This document shows positions 59,646 through 64,000 of a stretch of DNA of 64,000 nt, piece after piece (the first letter of the stretch is position 1; every line of letters starts with the position of its first letter). A model generated the notes under the pieces. That model saw only the letters and a program-made list of their open reading frames with translations. It ran no database searches and was not told the origin of the DNA. The stretch is from an uncultured Methylomirabilota bacterium (GTDB lineage: Bacteria > Methylomirabilota > Methylomirabilia > Methylomirabilales > 2-02-FULL-66-22). The stretch covers positions 2,496,001 to 2,560,000 of the forward strand of contig OY970067.1 in NCBI GenBank assembly GCA_963705305.1, read 5' to 3'. The position numbers and the translations under genes are program-made.

Positions 59646-60812
59646 CTACGACTCGGCCAGCTCCTCCCGGACGGACAGGCTGATCTTGTAGAAGATCGTG
59701 ATCATCGCGCAGCCCACGGCCCAGATAGCCAAGGTGATCGCCACCTCCGGAACCGTGGGGACGTAGCGGGTCACCTGGCTCAGCGGCGAAGGGGTGAACC
59801 CGCCCACGATCAGGTCGAGGCCCTTATCGATCCACAGCGACACGAAGACCATGGCGGCGGCCGTCGCAAGACACCGCTCGTTCTTCCGGTAGCGCGGGGT
59901 GATGAGCAGGATCAGCGAAGCTGCGGCCAGGATCACCGAGGCCCAGCTCCAGGGCACCAGCGCACTCTCCCCCTGCAGCCCCAGGTACAGGAATTCGAAG
60001 TGCGCCATGTCTTCCGGAATATGGCTGTAGAAAACGGTGAAGACCTCCATGAGGATGAAGAACGTGTTGATGATCATGGCGTAGGTCACGATGAGCCCCA
60101 GCCCCTGGATGGCCTCTCGGCCGGCGTCGAATCGTGTCAGCCTGCGGATGGCCAACGCCAGCAGGATGAGCAGGGAAGGTCCCGAGGCAAAGGCGGAGGC
60201 CAGAAAGCGGGGGGCCAGAAGCGCCGTCAGCCAGAAGCTGCGTCCCGGCAATCCGCTGTATAGAAACGCCGTGACGGTGTGGATGCTGATCGCCCACGGG
60301 ATGGACAGGACGATGACAAACTTGACCCATCGCGGGGGGACGACGCCCCCCGCCTCGGCGCGCAGGCTCGCCAGAGAGATCGCCACGTTGAGCAGGAGGT
60401 ACCCGCCCAGCGAGATCATGTCCCAGAACATGATGGAGTTGGGTGTGGGGTAGAGCAGGACATTCAGCAGTCGCATGGGCTGGCCCATGTCGACGAAGAT
60501 GAAGAGCATGCACATACTGACGGCGGAGATGGCCAAGAACTCTCCCAGGATGGTGATCTTGCCAAAGGCCTTGTAATTGTGAAGGTAGTAGGGGAGAACG
60601 ACCATGACCGCCGAGGCCGCCACCCCCACGAAGAAGGTGAACTGGGCGATGTACAGGCCCCAGCTCACGTCCCGGCTCATTCCCGTGATGCCCAGACCGA
60701 TCTGGAGCTGCCGCAGGTAGCACAGGAAGCCCATGAGGATAATGACCGCCAGGATCCCCAACCAGGTCCAGTACCTGCGGCTGCCGGTCACCGCCCGCTC
60801 GAACATAAACAT
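59646..60812 (-). CDS. dsrP: Sulfite reduction-associated complex subunit DsrP
   Basis: TGMSRDVSWGLYIAQFTF, WAISIHTVTAF motifs. Confidence 0.92.
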   Translation of the reverse strand: MFMFERAVTGSRRYWTWLGILAVIILMGFLCYLRQLQIGLGITGMSRDVSWGLYIAQFTFFVGVAASAVMVVLPYYLHNYKAFGKITILGEFLAISAVSMCMLFIFVDMGQPMRLLNVLLYPTPNSIMFWDMISLGGYLLLNVAISLASLRAEAGGVVPPRWVKFVIVLSIPWAISIHTVTAFLYSGLPGRSFWLTALLAPRFLASAFASGPSLLILLALAIRRLTRFDAGREAIQGLGLIVTYAMIINTFFILMEVFTVFYSHIPEDMAHFEFLYLGLQGESALVPWSWASVILAAASLILLITPRYRKNERCLATAAAMVFVSLWIDKGLDLIVGGFTPSPLSQVTRYVPTVPEVAITLAIWAVGCAMITIFYKISLSVREELAES

Positions 60813-60821
60813 GGAAACACC

Positions 60822-61589
60822 CTACACGAGGTAATAGAGCGCCGGCTGCGTCCCCAGCTCGGGCCTCCGCCGGATGGCGTACCGGGCGCGCAGGATCTCG
60901 CGCGCATCCGAGGCAGGGTCCGCCAAATTCCCGAAGACCAGGGCCTTCTCCTTGCACGCGTCCACGCAGGCCGGCCGCTCGCCTTTGGCCAGCCGCTCCT
61001 CACAGAAATTGCACTTTTCCACGACGCCCTTGGTGCGTGTGGGGAAGCCCAGGTTGAGCGCTGTGATATGGGGTCGTGGGTCTAGCCAGTTGAAGCTGCG
61101 CGAGCCGTAAGGACAGGCGGCCATGCAGTACCGGCAGCCGATGCAGCGGTGCCAGTCCATCATGACAATCCCGTCCTGTCGTCTCCAGGTGGCCTGCGTC
61201 GGGCAGACCCGGACGCAGGGGGGATTGTCGCAGTGATTGCAGAAGAGCAGAACGGGCTGGCCTCGCAGGGCCGCCGCCGTGTACGGGTCATCCCGGTCGG
61301 GGAACACGTCCTCGAAGGGCTCTTTCCAGATCCACTTGACCTCGTGGGCATGGTCGGCGAAGTGGGGAATGTTGTGGGCCCGGTCGCAGGCGGCGATGCA
61401 GTCGGTACAACCCCGGTCCTTCAGGCACTTCAGCGGGTCGATCACCATACCCCAGCGGGTGGCCGGCCGGGCGGCGGGCCCGGCCTCGGGCTGGGCCGCG
61501 GCAGCCAGCCGATCGAGAGAGAACCTCCCGGCGACCGCCAGCGCGGAGAGCCCTGCCGCGCCCAGGAACGCCCTCCTGTCCATGCTCAT
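60822..61589 (-). CDS. dsrO: Sulfite reduction-associated complex subunit DsrO
   Basis: Tat RRAFL; CNHCDNPPCVRVCP, HRCIGCRYCMAACP, GVVEKCNFC. Confidence 0.92.
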   Translation of the reverse strand: MSMDRRAFLGAAGLSALAVAGRFSLDRLAAAAQPEAGPAARPATRWGMVIDPLKCLKDRGCTDCIAACDRAHNIPHFADHAHEVKWIWKEPFEDVFPDRDDPYTAAALRGQPVLLFCNHCDNPPCVRVCPTQATWRRQDGIVMMDWHRCIGCRYCMAACPYGSRSFNWLDPRPHITALNLGFPTRTKGVVEKCNFCEERLAKGERPACVDACKEKALVFGNLADPASDAREILRARYAIRRRPELGTQPALYYLV

Positions 61590-61981
61590 GCGCTGCCCCC
61601 CTGGACGAGCTTGGGGTCGATATGGCACTCCCAGCAGGTGGGTGTGACGCCCGCGTAGCCGTGGCAGCGGTCGCAAAAATCGGCCTTGCTGGCGTGGCAC
61701 TTCAGACAGGTCTGGCTGAGACCGATGGTGTAGGTCTTGCCGTCGAAGGCCGTGAAGGTCCGCTGGTCTTGCCGAACCACCTGATCCCGCCAGGTCATCA
61801 AGAGTTTCATGTGGGAGGTGCGCATGTATTCGACCGGCGCCACGCAGTCCTTCTCCTGGACGGGCAACTTGGGCTCGGGGCCCTTGGGGGTCGTGCCCGC
61901 GGCCAGGTTGTACCAGACGGGAGCGGTGAGAACGACCAAGAAGAGGACGAGTCCCCCCAGGATCCTGCCCCGATCAGACAT
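61586..61981 (-). CDS. dsrJ: Triheme cytochrome DsrJ
   Basis: YMRTSHM..L..WRD; CLKCH, FCDRCH, CWECH. Confidence 0.92.
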   Translation of the reverse strand: MSDRGRILGGLVLFLVVLTAPVWYNLAAGTTPKGPEPKLPVQEKDCVAPVEYMRTSHMKLLMTWRDQVVRQDQRTFTAFDGKTYTIGLSQTCLKCHASKADFCDRCHGYAGVTPTCWECHIDPKLVQGGSA

Positions 61982-63593
61982 GGGCGGGCTCCACTCCGGG
62001 TGCCAGGGGCTGGCCGCGCAGGTCGGCCGTTCGGGCCCTCTCCCCCGGGACGACCAGGGCATTGCCGAGCAGCTCGTGTACGCCGGCGACCTCCACCCCC
62101 GGCACCCAGTATTCCAGGAGCGTCGGCAGGGTCGCCTTATCGATGGCGCAGATGCAGGCCAGCAGATTCACGTTGTGCCGCTCGTGAACGTAGCGCACCG
62201 CGTTGGCGCGGGGGAGCCCGCCGCGCAGGCGCATCTCCAGGTTCTCATCGGTTCCCAGGCCGGAGCCGCTTCCGCAGCAGAAGGTCTGCTCACGGATGGT
62301 GTTCTCGGGCATCTCGTGGAACCGGTTCAGGACCTGCCGGAGGATGAAGCGGGGCTCTTCGAACAGCCCCATGGCCCGGGCGGGGTTGCAGGAGTCGTGG
62401 AAGGTCACGGTCCAGTGGTCGTTGCGCGAGCGGTCAAGCCTCAGCTTCCCGTGATGGATCAGGTCGGCGGTGAACTCGCAGATATGCACCGCTTTGGTGG
62501 CCCGGGCATGGTCGAAGCGCGTCCCCGTGACGGGCGAAACGGGCACCTCCAGGAAGTCGGCGGGCCCGTTCAGGGTGTCCATGTATTGATGGAAGACCCG
62601 CCACATGTGACCGCACTCCCCTCCCAGGATCCACTTGACCCCCAGCCGCCTGGCCTCCGCGTAGATCTTGGCGTTCAGCCGCTTCATCATCTCGTGGGAG
62701 GAGAACAGGCCGAAGTTGCCCCCTTCGGAGGCGTAGGCGCTGAAGGTGTAATTCAATCCGATGGTGTGAAACAGGAGGAGGTACCCGAGAAGGGTGTAGT
62801 AATGGGGCGTGGCGAAGTAGTCGGCCGACGGCACGACGAAGAGGACTTCGGCCCCCTTCCGATTGATGGGGGCCTCCACGCGGATGCCCGTCAGCTCCGC
62901 CAGCTCGTCCACGGCGAAGTCGAGGCTGTCCTTGAACCCGTGGGGCTGGATGCCCAGGTGATTCCCGATGCGGTAGCAGTTCGCCACCGGCTCCAGCACC
63001 CAGTTGATGTTGCATCCCACCAGGTTCAGCAGCTCGCGGCCGATCATGGTGATCTCGGCTGTGTCGATCCCGTAAGGGCAGAAGACCGAGCAGCGGCGGC
63101 ACTCCGTACACTGGTAGAAGTAGTAGAACCACTCCTTGAGCACTGCCTCGGTGAGATCGCGACCGCCGGCTAGTCTCCCGAAGAGGCGGCCCGCCGTCGT
63201 GAAGTAGCGTCGATACACCGACCGGATCAGCTCGGCCCGCAGGACGGGCATGTTCTTGGGGTCGCCCGATCCGATGTAGAAATGGCACTTGTCGGCGCAG
63301 GCCCCGCAGCGGACGCAGATATCCATGAAGAGACGGAATGAGCGGAAGCGCTCCAGGCGATCCTTCAGGCCCGCCAGGATGATGGCTTGCCAGTTGGGAG
63401 GGAGCTTCCAGTCCTCGTCCGTGGGGGACCACTTCCGGGGATTGGGGAGGCCGAGGTATTCCAGGTGCTTGGGGGCGGCCGGATAGCAGAACACCCCCTT
63501 GCGGAAGGTGACGGATGGATCCTGCCACTCCCTCGCCGGGAGGCGGTAATCGATCTGGGCCAGCTCTGCCCGGGCCGGAGCGTCGTCCGCCAT
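61974..63593 (-). CDS. dsrK: Sulfite reduction-associated complex subunit DsrK
   Basis: CVRCGACADKC, CTECRRCSVFCP, GECGHMWR, HDSC, CCGSGSG, CAIDK. Confidence 0.93.
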   Translation of the reverse strand: MADDAPARAELAQIDYRLPAREWQDPSVTFRKGVFCYPAAPKHLEYLGLPNPRKWSPTDEDWKLPPNWQAIILAGLKDRLERFRSFRLFMDICVRCGACADKCHFYIGSGDPKNMPVLRAELIRSVYRRYFTTAGRLFGRLAGGRDLTEAVLKEWFYYFYQCTECRRCSVFCPYGIDTAEITMIGRELLNLVGCNINWVLEPVANCYRIGNHLGIQPHGFKDSLDFAVDELAELTGIRVEAPINRKGAEVLFVVPSADYFATPHYYTLLGYLLLFHTIGLNYTFSAYASEGGNFGLFSSHEMMKRLNAKIYAEARRLGVKWILGGECGHMWRVFHQYMDTLNGPADFLEVPVSPVTGTRFDHARATKAVHICEFTADLIHHGKLRLDRSRNDHWTVTFHDSCNPARAMGLFEEPRFILRQVLNRFHEMPENTIREQTFCCGSGSGLGTDENLEMRLRGGLPRANAVRYVHERHNVNLLACICAIDKATLPTLLEYWVPGVEVAGVHELLGNALVVPGERARTADLRGQPLAPGVEPAHV

Positions 63594-63596
63594 GGG

Positions 63597-64000
63597 CTAT
63601 TCCCGTTCCAGCGGCAGGCCCGCCGCGGCGATCTTGTCCCGGAACTCCTCTTCCCACTCGTCGTAGGTGTGGACCGCGACCGGGGGGTTCCAGGGGTTCA
63701 CGTGACGCCTCTCCCGGTTGATGTTGGCCAGGTTCCTGGTCGGGCTGAGGAAGATTCCGGCCATGTGCATCAGCTTGCTGAAGGGAAACCAGGCGGCCAG
63801 CAGGCTGACCAGAAAGATGTGGGTGAAGAAGAGCGGCCCCACCTCTTTCGGGATGACAGGCGAGAAGGTCACCAGGCCGAGGGCGAACTGCTTCACGGCC
63901 ACCGTGTCGATCCGGGCGACGTACCGCATCAGGATTCCCGTGCCTGTCACTCCCAACAGCAGGAAGAGGATGAAGTAGTCGGAAAAGAGCGAGATGTATG
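63597..64000 (-). CDS. dsrM: DsrM (3' part; runs off window)
   Basis: FPFSKLMHMAGIFLSPTRN...HVNPWN...YDEWEEEFR. Confidence 0.9.
   Translation of the reverse strand, partial: YISLFSDYFILFLLLGVTGTGILMRYVARIDTVAVKQFALGLVTFSPVIPKEVGPLFFTHIFLVSLLAAWFPFSKLMHMAGIFLSPTRNLANINRERRHVNPWNPPVAVHTYDEWEEEFRDKIAAAGLPLERE

Overview
A GC-rich bacterial window, probably from an anaerobic or facultative sulfur-metabolising lineage (Methylomirabilota/Rokubacteria-like; this is inference from gene content and repeat style). Left to right: (1) a PemK/MazF toxin-antitoxin pair packaged as an apparent integron gene cassette with an attC site; (2) lexA with a perfect upstream palindrome; (3) a LacI-regulated sugar-acid locus (TRAP and ABC transporters, uxuA, SDR); (4) two cysteine-free ArsA/Get3-type ATPases with complementary catalytic degeneracy, two paralogous ~92-aa hydrophobic proteins and a membrane-anchored protein; (5) an intact IS1380, a 150-bp MITE with the same ends, and an orphan IS left end; (6) a stretch of gene fragments with a second attC; (7) tRNA-Thr and a TIR-flanked RAYT element; (8) menaquinone genes; (9) a 2-oxoacid/acyl-CoA energy block (two ADP-forming Acd enzymes, Vor, Kor, AcuB, Usp) with sigma-54 promoters; (10) an FmdB gene with a possible Sec read-through, trxA, and TPP-riboswitch thiC; (11) dsrMKJOP followed by an Hmc-like module with a NrfD-hexaheme fusion and a split-Soret-type cytochrome. 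Three genes (lexA, dctP, an ABC permease) are frameshifted at the same GGACGTTC motif. A family of nested MITE-like repeats sits on stop codons. No CRISPR array or rRNA was seen. All family assignments come from motif recognition by eye, not database searches.
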